Source: Guillardia theta CCMP2712
Taxonomy: Eukaryota; Protista; Cryptophyta
Direction of reading: 5' to 3'
DNA: 64,000 nucleotides
Assembly: GCF_000315625.1 (NCBI RefSeq)
Contig: NW_005434635.1
Span: forward strand, 310,001-374,000
A model generated the notes under the pieces. The model did not search any database and was not told the DNA's origin. It was given only the letters and a program-made list of their open reading frames with translations. Shown here one piece after another: positions 12,861 through 24,451 of the stretch. Positions within the stretch are counted from its first letter, which is position 1, and the number at the start of each line of letters is the position of its first letter. Both the position numbers and the translations under genes were made by a program.

Positions 12861-13808
12861 CTACAGGTCATCATCGCGGGACCATCCAGCCGCGTTTGCC
12901 TTTGACTCCCAATCCATCGCAAGCATCTGTTCCCTTGGGATCAACCACCCAGCAATAACCACACAAGCATACCTCTTTGTCATCGAACATGTCCTTTGAC
13001 AACATACTCTTGCCCAGCACTCTCCGTCGGAAGCAACGAGTCTGCACACCAGCATGAGACAGGCGCACCAGCAGTAGGCAGCAGCGTCTCACAAAGAAGG
13101 GCGCCACTATCATGTAAACTCCTGACATCACCATACACCCGACAGCCCCCGCGACTAGAAACATCAGCAGCTAGCCTGACTGTTAGGACTCGAAGCAAGA
13201 GAAGGCGAACTTTACCCCCCATGTCTTCTGCTTGTGCGTCTTGCTGTCAGTTGGATTGGTTGCGTTCCCAGCACTCCCCATCGTCCCCACCCTCATCGAC
13301 CTCGACCTTGCCTTGTCTGCATCAACAGGTTCGTTGTGGGGGTCGTTGGTATCCGGCTCGTAGACCACGGTGCCGTCTGACATGTGATGGTGGGGCTTGC
13401 TGCCACCACTGTGCGAGTGTGTCGTCCCATCCTTGTGGATGTGGTTGCTCCCTCCTTGGAGCTTGCTAGAGCTGATTTCTGCATGCTGGCCGTCGCCGTG
13501 GGAGTGCGGGTGCAAGTTCAAGATGCAATGGAAGTCACCGCAGTTGCATCCCTTGGGTATACAGCCTGAGAAAGGCAAACATCAGCAGAAATTTCACAAC
13601 ATGCCGATACACACGGATAGATTGACTCACCGCACTGGGTCTCGTGCTTGCAAGAGCTGTCCTGGGTGCATGCGGACCTCTTGGTGGGCCTGTCCTCGTC
13701 TGGCGAGCACACGTTGACTCCCTTCTCGTGCCCGAGAGAAGGCCGAACAAGCACGGCAGCAATGAGCAGCAGGATGGCTCTCCTCCTCCATGAGATCTTC
13801 ACCCCCAT
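12861..13808 (-). CDS. type I membrane protein with signal peptide and Cys-rich/His-rich ectodomain
   Basis: MGVKISWRRRAILLLIAAVLVRPSLG signal, then a Cys cluster, a His-rich tract, a TM segment LLMFLVAGAVGCMVMSGVYMIVAPFF and a short tail. Canonical GT-AG introns join these parts. Confidence 0.65.
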
Positions 13809-14395
13809 CGTTGCTTTTTCGTGAGAACCCTAACCAACAACCCCTGCCCCTCTCGCTATGTGACTGCAGGTTGGCGTTCAGTCCAGGAGGATGGGGAAGC
13901 CTGTCGTTAGGTGCTCTCACTAGTCGATGAGGGGGAGAGGAGTGTGCAGTTGATACAATGCTGTCTTCCTCCGCTCTTACTACCTTCCTCGTCCTGCTCG
14001 CACCCCCGACCGCCCTTGCGTCATTGCCAGGCTCTTCTAAAAAGGTGGTTGTAGTGTTATATTGTCTGTACGATGATTTGATTTGTATTCAGTACGCAAA
14101 TTTGATCATAAAATATTATATGAATAAAAATCTTTATTAGCTTCAAACTTGGGTCCAATTGAAATATATAGATATAAACGTGTTTCTGTTGTACCGTTCC
14201 AAATCGTTTTAGTATTTGTACGGCAATAAGTTAGTTTTATGGAGGATCCATGCAGAAGAGGACTGGGCGGAATGCGGCGATGGCGGCGGTAAGGAGCGAG
14301 GAGCGTCGAGCCCTTCATGCACTTGGCCCCTGACGCTCTCACTCTCTCCTCCTCCTCCATCCCTCTGCCTCTTACCCCTGCGCCTTCCGCACATC

Positions 14396-17300
14396 ATGAA
14401 GCTTGCGGGCCCGTTCCTGGTGCTCCTGAGCTTCAGCGCATGCCAGACTGAAGTTCGAGATCTTGTTTCTTCCTCTCACTCGACTTCCCATGGATCCCCG
14501 CAATCCTTCCTCATCGCACTGCACCGCGCCTCCTCGTCAAGACTCCCTCCTGCCATGCATGGCGCGCACACTGGGCTCACGGGGCCGGTCCGCCTTCGGG
14601 GAGGAGCTCATTCGAGCTCTGGGGATGCGAGCAAGAGGAAGCTGGTGAAGGCGAAGAGGAAGTTTCCTCCGAGAAACCCGTCGGAGAACTCCATGAGCGA
14701 TCCGTATCCCTCCAAGTCTCAAGTCGACAGCTCGACGCAGGACTCCAAGAATCCCTTTGCTAGCATATTCCCTCCTGCACAGACTAATTTCCCTGGTTTG
14801 ACCTCTATCTCTTCTTCTGCCGGCTTGCCCTCCTACAAACTCTCGTTCAACCCCCCACCTCACCCCTCCTCCTTCTCTCATCGTCCAATTTCTTTCTCCG
14901 TCTTCATCCTTTCCCTCTCCTTGCGGCCTGCTCCAATTATTTCCTTCCGTACTGACATATTTTCCCTCTTCCAGCTACCTCCATCTTCTCCGCTTTCTCG
15001 TCTGCCGTCAAGTCTCCGAACTCGACTGTCTTTCCGGTACTTGACCTGATTCTGCCTTGCCCACTGAGCTCTGACATGCGAGCCCATAGAACCCTTTTGC
15101 TGCTGTTCCCTCCGCTAGCACAGGGGCAGCGGCAGCGGCAGGGGCAGGAGTATCAGGGGGGGGAGGAGATGTTCTACCGACAGGATCCTCTATCCAGCCG
15201 CCGAATATCTTCTCGTCGTTCTCGCAGAACGTGCCCGGGGCTCGCTCAGGTCACTGATTCCTCGGAAGCTCCAGATTGCTGACTGACTTCAAAGATGCGC
15301 CGCCTGTCTTCGGCTTTCAACCCCCGTCGTCACACAACTTTGGCCCTCCAAGGTAGAAAGAGGAAGCAAGGGAAGAGGACGAAGGGGGAGGGAGACGGGA
15401 GAGGAAGGAGACGGAGGGAGGAGTAGAGAGGAGGAGGTAAAGTCAGGTCTCTCACGCCTTGGTAGCTTCAACGTATTCGGAGACAACAATCAGCAGAAGA
15501 CGTCTGTCTTTCCGGATGCTGGCCAGCAGCTGCAGCCAGTGCCAGTACAACACCAGCAGACCGCACCAGGTCCTTCAGATTGTCTTGTCCAGGTATCTCG
15601 ACTGATCTCGTTGGCAGCGAACCCCTTTTTGCCAGAAAGTTTCAGCAAGCCGGCGCAAAACGTTTTCAACCCCTTTGCGCAGACCGCAAACCCTTTTGCA
15701 CAAGCAACCCTAGAGCAGAACAAGACTTTCAGCGCAGGTCCACATCCTCTTGTGTCCCTTCCCTTCCCCATCGCCCTTTCCCTCCCCCTTCCCGTCCACC
15801 TCTCTCCCTCCCTCCCNNNNNNNNNNNNNNNNNNNNNNNNNNNNNNNNNNNNNNNNNNNNNNNNNNNNNNNNNNNNNNNNNNNNNNNNNNNNNNNNNNNN
15901 NNNNNNNNNNNNNNNNCCTCCCTCCCTCCCTCCCTCCCTCCCTCCCTTCCCCTCGCCCCTCCTCCCTCCTCGACCTCCCTCCCCTCCCCTCCCTCCCCTC
16001 CCCTCCCCTCCCTCCCTCCCTCCCTCCCTACCTTCTCTTCTCACACTCGACACGAGCCCCTCGTCCTTTCCATTCCTCGCTCATCATCCCTTCACCTCAC
16101 TTACCCCCCGTCTCTTGCTAACATTTCTTTCAGGCGGACGAGGAGGAGAAGTCGCCTACCCCTCCCTCTTTCCCCTTCGCTGCGGGAAAGCCGATCTTTG
16201 AAATCAACCGACCGGATCTTCCGTCCTTTAGCTTCAAGGAATCGACAGGAGGAAGCATCAAGTTTGATTCGCTGCCTTTCTTCAACGCATCTCAGTCCTT
16301 CCGAGGTAAAGTCGGCAGGAGAAAACAGAAAGTCAGAGGAGAGGCGAGGATAGGAGAGGAGAGGATAGATTCGCAGGAGAGAGGAGGAGAGAACTGATGG
16401 GAGCAAGAGTAGAGAAGTGGAAGGGAAAGGAGTAGAGGGATGGAAGAGATAGGAGGTATAGGATTGGATTCAAGTCCTGATGAGAAGGGAGGAAGGAAGA
16501 TACGAGGCATCGGGTGAAAAAGATTGGGAGGGAGGTGGAGCGGAGCGTGGAGGAAACAAAAGAGAGGGTAGGAGAGCCGATGTGAGCTGAGAGTATCAGA
16601 TGATGTAGAGGAGAGGGGACAGGAGGATCATAGGTGCGAGATGAGAGGCAGAAATGAATTAGATTTTTGTTGTTGGATGTTTTTGTTCACACCGCCTCCC
16701 AGTCATCAGCCAAGAATGGTCGGAGGGAGAGTTCCTGGGACTGGCTAAGGGAGGGACGGCCAACTTTGGATTCATCCGACCCAAAGGTAAAGAGAGGATG
16801 AGCGGGAAGCCGGAGGAGAACAGGGTGGGCGGGTGGGAAAGTGGGCGGGAGGGAGGGAGGGAAGGAAGAGGGAGGGACGAGGGAGGGAGGGAGGTACTGT
16901 TCGGAGAGATTGGTAGAGAGCAAATGGGATTCACAAGCTCAGGAAGGACAAGGGAGGCTTCAAGTACCCCATACCACATCGTTCACGATGAGGGGGGGGA
17001 TAGAGCAAGCATGCAAACACACAGACAGGACCCACTGACCTGCTCCAAGGAACCTCCGGGCCCAACATCTTCGTGCACAAGAGCAACATCCACGATGAAG
17101 TGCAGACTGGAGACGTTAGCTGACCTCTTGCCCGGCTCCGCCCGTGACGACATGCCCTGCAGGTGGTGAAGTACCAGCTCGCCCCGCACGAGCCTCTGTC
17201 CAGCGTTAGTCCCGCCATCCTCCTGCTCCTCCTCTCTGATGGATGTTGTTGCAGAAGAGTCCAGTGGGTGACAAGAACGAGATGAAGAACGACAAGCTGC

Positions 17301-20300
17301 AAGTGATATTCGCCTCCTCCTCCTCCTCCTCCTCCTCCCCTTTCCCTCCTCCATTTCTTCCCCCTGTTTTCCCTCTCCTCCTCCCACTTGTCATTTTCCC
17401 ACTGCCTCGACCTCCCTTCTACCTTCCTCGCTCTGCCATCCTCTTCTCTGTCCTTCGTGCTGCCCTATCCTTGTACTCGCGGTCGTCCCTGCCTTGATCC
17501 GTCCTCCTGCTCACAACCCTCCATGATGTTCCCTCCCTCCCTCCCTCCCTACCTCTCTCCCTCCCTCCCTCCCTCCCTCCCCTCCCTCCTTCCCTCCCTC
17601 CCTCCCTCCCTCCCTCCCTACCTCTCTCCCTCCCTACCTCTCTCCCTCCCTCCCTCCCTCCCTCCTTCCCTCCTTCCCTCCCTCCCTCCCTCCTTCCCTC
17701 CCTCCTTCCCAGGCTCCTTCCCTCCTCCCTCCCTCCCTCGCTTCTCCCTCCTCGCTCTTCCTTCCTCCCCTTCCTCCTCTTGCTCCTTCTCTCACACTCC
17801 CCTTCCTACATTCACTCCTCCCACAGGCAGTGAATGTGAGGCGGGCCGATGGCAGCCAGGAGGACGCAGCAGCAGAAGTGCAACCAGCATCGTCACTGCA
17901 GGGCTCGTTCCCTTTCCCTGCTCAGTCAAGTCTCCCGGCTCCAACTCCAACGAGCAACACAAACTTCTTCCCTTTCCCGGAGGTCTCGAACTCGACGCAT
18001 GCAGCAAGTCAGCTGCCCTTCTTCGACTTTCTTGCCAAGAGTGGAAGCAAGGAGCAGCAGGAGCAGACGAATACCCCACAGCAGGAGAAGACGAGCACAC
18101 AAGAGGAGGAGAAGACGACCACACGACAGCAGGAGCAGCCAAAGAATGACTGGAGGTGTACGACTTGCCTTGTGATGAACAAAGACAGTGTTATGAGATG
18201 TGTTTGCTGTGAGGCGGAAAACCATCGGCAGGTACTCAAGATATTTCCTGTTTCCTTCCTGTCTTGACAGGGGTTCGCAGTTGGTCCTCAACCCAAATCC
18301 TCCCCGGCACAATTTTTCCCAACATCTTTTCCTGTGCCGAGAGGTGAGGGAGGGGAAAACTACTCGGAATGAGCTTTAACGAGATGTACTCATGAATGAT
18401 TGGATGATGATGATCATGATGATGATGATGACTAGGAAGCGATGATGTCTGACGACATGTTCTTGTCTTCTCTGTTTTCATTCAACGATTCAGAATTTGA
18501 TTCGCTCCCTCTTGTTCTCTCCTCCTCCACCATCACCATCACCACTTCTCTCTTTGCATGTCATTGATTGCGTTTTGCAGAGGACCCTTCCAAGTCAACC
18601 ACCCAGCAACAGCAACAGCAACAGCAGCAGCAGCAGCAGCAGCGAGTGAGTGCGAGGACGGAAGTAGAGCAGGAGCAACATTCTGCTTCGCCTCCTTCAG
18701 CTGCTCCTCCTCTTGCTCCTGCTACCCGCGGGGATCTGTTTCCTTCTCGTCCAACGGCTCCTCGCCCCCCAGTGCTCGGAGCTCCTCGCCTCATGAGGTT
18801 TGCTCTTGCCCTGCTACCCAGCCATGTCACAGCCGTTGACTTTCTCCTCCTCCTCATCCTCCTCCTCCTCCTCATCCTCCTCCTCATCCTCATCCTCCTC
18901 CTCCTCCTCCTCATCATCATCATCATCATCCTTCTCCTCCTCCTCCTTCATGTGTCTCGCTTTCCTTCTCTTTCCGTCTGTTTCCCCCCCGGCAGGATCT
19001 CATGTATCGTAACCGATCTTCCACGGGCTGTAGACTTTCTTATGACGGTGAGGAGGAGGAGGAGGAGGAGGAGGAGGAGGAGAAAGGGAGCTCACCAAGT
19101 TGCAGGTTGTCGGATTGACGATGATGCGGCACGAGGAATTTGCACAGAGCGTAGAGAAAGCGCAGGAGGTAGAAGGAGCTCGAGACTATGAGAGGCAAGT
19201 GAAGACATAAGGACGAAGAGGGGGGGACAGAGCAGAGAAGAACAGAGGGAAGGAGAGGAGAGGAGAGGAGAGGAGAGAGGAGAGGAGAGGATAGCAGGCA
19301 AGGGCATCTATGAGCTTGTTGTTGACTTGCGAGTGTGCAGAGGAGATTGGTCGAGAACTCTTCTTGGGTTTGAAGGTTCAGATGATACAAGTTTGTGTGT
19401 AGAGGTATCTCCATCGTGAACCTCCTTTCAATTCCCCCCCCAGCTCTCCCGTCATCCTCTTCCTCCTTTGCCCCCACTTATCATCATCACTACCTCCTCT
19501 CCTGTCTTCTCTCCTTTCCCGCTTTTCCGAACTCACCCTCTCTACCCGCTTATTCTTACTTCATCTCTTCACGTCTCATCCTTGCCTCTCTTCTCCTCCT
19601 CTCTTCTCCTCTCCTCCCCCCCCTCCTCCTTCCTCGTCCTGACTTGTTTCGCTCCAGCTCATCTCTATCGCACGTCCTGTGGAACCATCGCAACCGCGAG
19701 ACCTCACGGAGGTTCTTCGACTCTCCTCTCCTCCTCCCCTCCCTGACTTCACCGCAAAGATTTTGATCTTCAGCACTTCCGCCCTCTCCCGCCTCGTTGA
19801 CTTCCAAGTCCCCTACCTCGAGACTCCCTCCGGCGTTGTCGCCCGCGTCCCTGGCGCTGCGCTCAATGTCAAGGTGACTTGCTTACCACCACCACCACCA
19901 CCTCCTCCTCCTCCTCCTCTTCCTCCTCCTCCTCCTCTTCCTCCTCCTCCTCCTCCTCTCATCGCCCTCTACTCTCCTGCTTTCCGCTCCCTTCATCTCT
20001 CATTTCCTCTTGTCCTCTTTGTCTGCATGTTTTCCCCGCCACTCACCTCCTCTCCTGCTGCTCCTCCCCAATCGCCTGACTGACTGGCCTTGCAAGATTC
20101 TTCCTGCCCGCAGCCGGCAACTTACTCCTCACATTTCTGCCATCATCATCCCAACCAACAACATGACGGTTAGAATGTTCACTGCTCCTGCACTCCTACC
20201 TCTTCTCCACCCCTTCTTCATCCTGCCTCTCCTCCTTCCCTTCCTCTACCATCACCCCCTTTGCTCTCTTGTATCTTCCTCCATCTCCTCCCCTCCCTCC

Positions 20301-22409
20301 CCTCCCTCCTCTAGCTCCTTCGCCCCCCTTCCTCTTCCATAACCCTCTCTGCTCCATCCTCCCATCCTCTGCTCCCTCCTTTTCTCCTCCAACATCTTCC
20401 CTTATTGTCATTATACCGTCGTCACTTCCTCCGTGCTTCCCTTCCCCCTCCTCCCTCCTCCTCCTCCCTCCACCCTCCTCCCACCTCATCCTAACAGCGC
20501 TCCTCAGGAATCCCTCTCCTTCTTCTCGGGGGCTCTGGCCATGCAGGCGGCAGGGAGGGAGGAGGAGCGACAAGTTTCTCTCTCCTGCGGCCCTCAGGGC
20601 TCCAGGATCCTCTTGGTCAAGTCGACGAGGGGAGAGAAAAGGACGAGCTCCTCTCTGATCCGCCTCGTCTTTGGCTGCTCCGCTCCTGTCCTCAGAGCGG
20701 TGATGTTCCCTCCCTCCTCCTCCTCCTCCTCCTCCTCCTACTCATACTCCTCTCTCCTCCTCTTCCTCTCTCCTCCTCCTTTCTCTCCCTCCCTGCTCCT
20801 CCTCCCTTCTACCTGTCCCCCCCCACCCCATCTTTGTGCCTCCTGCCATCCTCCTCTCCATCATTGTCTTCCTATGCTCCTCTTACCCCCATCCACTGAG
20901 CTCCCTCTCCACATCGCCCCTTCTTCCTTCTCTCTCGTGGTCTCAATGTCTCCTGCTCGTCCAGGTGGCTGCGGGGGCGAAGGAGCAGCGAGCGAAGGAG
21001 CTTCTGCCGCTCTCATGCGTGCAGGGCCCAGAGGCCTGCAACATGACCATGACAATCTTTGAGGTGAGGAGAGAGGAGGAGGGAGGAGGAAGAAGAGAAT
21101 GACGGAGAGAGGGAGGAAGAGGGAAAGGACGAGGGGAAGAGAGGGGAGAAGGGAGGAGGTCGACAGGAGTTGATTGGGGAGGACGAAGGGGGAAGGGGGA
21201 AGGAGGAGTAAGAGGACAGGAGTTGACGGGACTTGCAGTCGCCTGAGGGGCTGGAGGTTGCTGCCGTCGACAAAGACTCGGTACTGAAGATGTCAGCTTT
21301 GGATCACTCAGCAGGTGAACGAGAGAGAGGAGAGGAGAGGAGAAAGGGGAAGAGGAGAGGAAAGGTGAGGACTGGGAACAGAGACAGAGACAGAGAGAGG
21401 CAGGGCAGATGGCGACAGTGTAGGAGCAGAGTCAGGTGGACGAGGAAGAGGCAGGAAGGAAGGGAAGGAAGAGATGAGTTGAGAGAGGGGACATGAAGTT
21501 GAACCTGCCTGTGTCTTCCAGCCACGAGATTCGCCGCTATCCACGAGTCATCAGAACGGCCTGAGCTAGAGGCCTCTAGCGCCCAGACTTCGCCTCTCAA
21601 GCTCCTGTCCTCGCAGATGCAGGAGGAGCGAGGGAAGGAGGAAGGGAGGGAGGAGGAGGGCATGAGCGACGGCGAGCTCCTCGCCCAGCAGGTCTCGTCT
21701 CACCTCTCTCCGTTCGCCTACTCGCAGGGAAGCCACCTCAAGCATGCCAGGTGCTTTCTCGCTCTTGTCCCACAGACACCTCCTCCTGCCAGCTCACCTT
21801 CCACGTCCCCTCCCTGCATCGACTTTCTACATTATCTGCTTCATCCTCGTCGTTGTCATCGATCTCCCTGTCATCATCACCATCTGAATCATCATCATCA
21901 CCATCACCATCTCAATCATCATCATCATGCCCTCTTGCTCCCATATTCAAACATTCCTACAGGTTCGCGATCGAGTGGCGCCCGACTGGCTACTTCCTAG
22001 ACGGCATCGAGAGCGAGGGGAGGGGCATCTACATCACCTGCCGGACGGAGCAGCAGCTGGTGGAGCTGGGAAACTCTCAGACGGTCAAGATCGAAGGGGT
22101 CGACATGGCCATGGACGTGAGGAGGAGCGTCGAGCTGGAGCTCGAGAACGAGATGCTCGACCCTGGGGAGGAAGGGGAGAGCAGCAAGTACCTCACTGTC
22201 GCAGACGAGCATGCGAGGAAGAGACTCGTTGCCCTCCTGTGCGCGTTCAGGGAGATGCCCACGTACGTCGGAAGCAGAAGGTGAGGGGGAGGAGCAAGGG
22301 AAGGAAAGGGGCAGGGGGGAGTGGAGAGGAGAACGGAGAACGGCGACGAGGATGTGAGCCTGACCATGGATGCAGAATCTTCGTTCCGCAAGCAACCTTC
22401 TCCTTCTAG
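14396..22409 (+). CDS. large multi-exon protein: signal peptide, LRGG, basic Nup50-like motif, NPF repeats, cold-shock domain, RanBP2-type zinc finger, unassigned C-terminal domain
   Basis: MKLAGPFLVLLSFSAC...VRLRGG...KRKLVKAKRK; several NPF motifs; NFGFIRPK and NIFVHKSNI (CSD RNP1/RNP2); WRCTTCLVMNKDSVMRCVCC (W-x-C-x2-C-x3-N-x6-C-x2-C); last exon cag|aIFVPQATFSF*. It contains a gap, so single-gene status is inferred. Confidence 0.6.
15817..15916. other. assembly gap (N run) within (CCCT)n intron
   Basis: Run of N. Confidence 1.
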
Positions 22410-22507
22410 TCTGCTGATGGGGCTAGAGTCTTGTAAATATGTAAATGAGGGAAGAGCACTCAAGACGACATGCAGTCTACGTATTATTCATTGGCTATGA
22501 TGAACAT

Positions 22508-23780
22508 TTAGTAAAGAATCTTTCCGAGGCCAAGGTTGATGACATCGGTAACAGAGGTGCCAGTGAAGAGAGCAGCGGTGGTGATGGAGATGACGCCGAG
22601 CATGGCAAGACGGCCATTGATCAGCTCAGCCTGTCAGAAACATATCACCAAGAGGATGATCGCATGCGGGAAGAGAGGAGAAGAGAGAAACAAACACGAG
22701 AAACGCGTCAGAGAGGAGGAGTTCAGCTCACCTCGGCAGTGAGACCAGTCTTGAAGGGGGGGATGAGACCGGCAGGGGCCTCGGGCTTGTATCCCTGGTC
22801 CTTGACGAGGGTGTCCTGGAAGCCGAAGGGAGCGAAAGCGGCCAAGATGGAGACGAAGAGGACGTGGACGTGAGCGACGAGGATGATGGCGCGCTCGTTG
22901 GTGATGGGGGCGTTGAAGCCTCCGTTGACGAGGGGTCCCCACTGGCTGACGTCGAGGATCTTGTCGCCATCGGGGATGAGGCCACGGCCGTGGAGGTAGG
23001 AGCTCAGGACCATGAAGAAGATGCCGAACATGGCATGGCGTCCGTTCCATCGCTCAGCGTTGGTGGTGACGCCGAGGCCGCGGGATGCGAGCTCGGGGTT
23101 CTCGGAAGCGAACTTCTCAACGGCTCCAGCCATGGGGTTGCCCTTGGCCTGCATGGAGACGGTGGCCAACCCTGGCAACAAGCATCAGACTAGATAGAGG
23201 ATAACAGGATAACATGGCGGGGAGTGACAACAGCGTCAGGGATAATCTGTACGTGTTACACAAATCTGCACATCGAGACTAGTTGCTAGTCATTGCGAAA
23301 AGAATACACTTGAATGATTGTTCACAAGGAATGAGACTGATAAAATCAATCATAGCACGTTCTAAAATTGAACAAGACAACAAGAATATGCATGACCATG
23401 TGACTAGCCTTGTGCTATTCTGCAAACAAGACGAATTTTCTTTCGCCCCGATACACGTCGAGATGTCAACATTCGAGAACAGACAGTTCAACAACGTGAA
23501 AAATTCATGCATCACAAGATCAAAAGAAGATGCAAAGGACGATCAAAGCATTCTGATCCTCCATCATAACAAAGGGGGCGGGACACTGCATTGGAACACC
23601 CCATCCCCACTTTGTTCAGACAGTCGAGTATCCCTGCAACCGAACCCTCTCAGACTCACCATGGCGAGCAGGTCCACGCTGAACAGCAGGGGAGGAGCGG
23701 AGGGAGAGGGAAGGAGAAGCTGAAGGAGCAAAGGCTGCCGCGGAGGCGCAAGCGGAGAGCACGAGGATCGAGCGGAGCAT
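22508..23780 (-). CDS. RedCAP: red-lineage chlorophyll-binding-like protein RedCAP (LHC superfamily), plastid-targeted; exons 23780-23660, 23171-22732, 22630-22508
   Basis: Bipartite presequence [16 protein letters not shown]|FAP. Helix motifs [24 protein letters not shown] and [12 protein letters not shown]. Two canonical GT-AG introns keep the frame. Confidence 0.92.
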
Positions 23781-23799
23781 GACGGCGGTAAGACGAACG

Positions 23800-24420
23800 A
23801 CCTACCCCCACCCCTTTTAACCTGTCATAAGACTACCCTACCCCATCATAATCCCTCCAATCCTCTGTATGATTGGGGTCCTTGATTTGTTTTAAACCGC
23901 AGGACCCTACCCTACAAAAAGTTGGAAACTACCCATCCATGACGATATAAAAGTACCCGTTGCTTTTATACCCCTACCCCCCTACACACTTCAGCTTTAC
24001 TATCACCCCGCCTTCTCCCAACCACCCCTTATGATCTGCTCTCACCCCCACCTGATAGCGGCGCACAGCATCACCATAGTACCCCTACAATATACATTAA
24101 GTACCCTACCATATTACCATAGAAATGTCTTACAGCTCAACCAACCCCCTGTCTCTATGTACCCTACCCCCACTCTACACATTCATTACCCCGTATTTAT
24201 TTATGATCCCGGTGTGACGGATCTTCCATGTGATAACGGTCGGTCTCATATTGTAACGGTCCATAACCCGAATACTCGGACCCGACCCGTGACCGTCGGC
24301 CCAGTGGCCGGGTCAGCCTACCGGGCGGGCCGTTAAAGCGAACGGGCCGAGCCTGTCCCGGGTGCCACGGTGGTCAAGTTTGTGCGACTAGCCTGGCCCG
24401 CCGCCGCCGCTCGGACTCTC
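23800..24420 (-). repeat. TACCC-rich block plus palindrome-rich GC island (reverse orientation) upstream of RedCAP
   Basis: Dense taccc words at 23800-24200, then gacccgtgaccgtcggccc...ccgggcgggccg. Confidence 0.55.
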
Positions 24421-24451
24421 AGGCTGAAGTGATGAGTTAGATATCCCGCGC

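Noticed and set aside
23283-23723. 146-aa plus-strand ORF, or snoRNA, in the long RedCAP intron 1
   Set aside because: It is antisense to the intron with no recognisable motif, and I saw no convincing C/D or H/ACA boxes.
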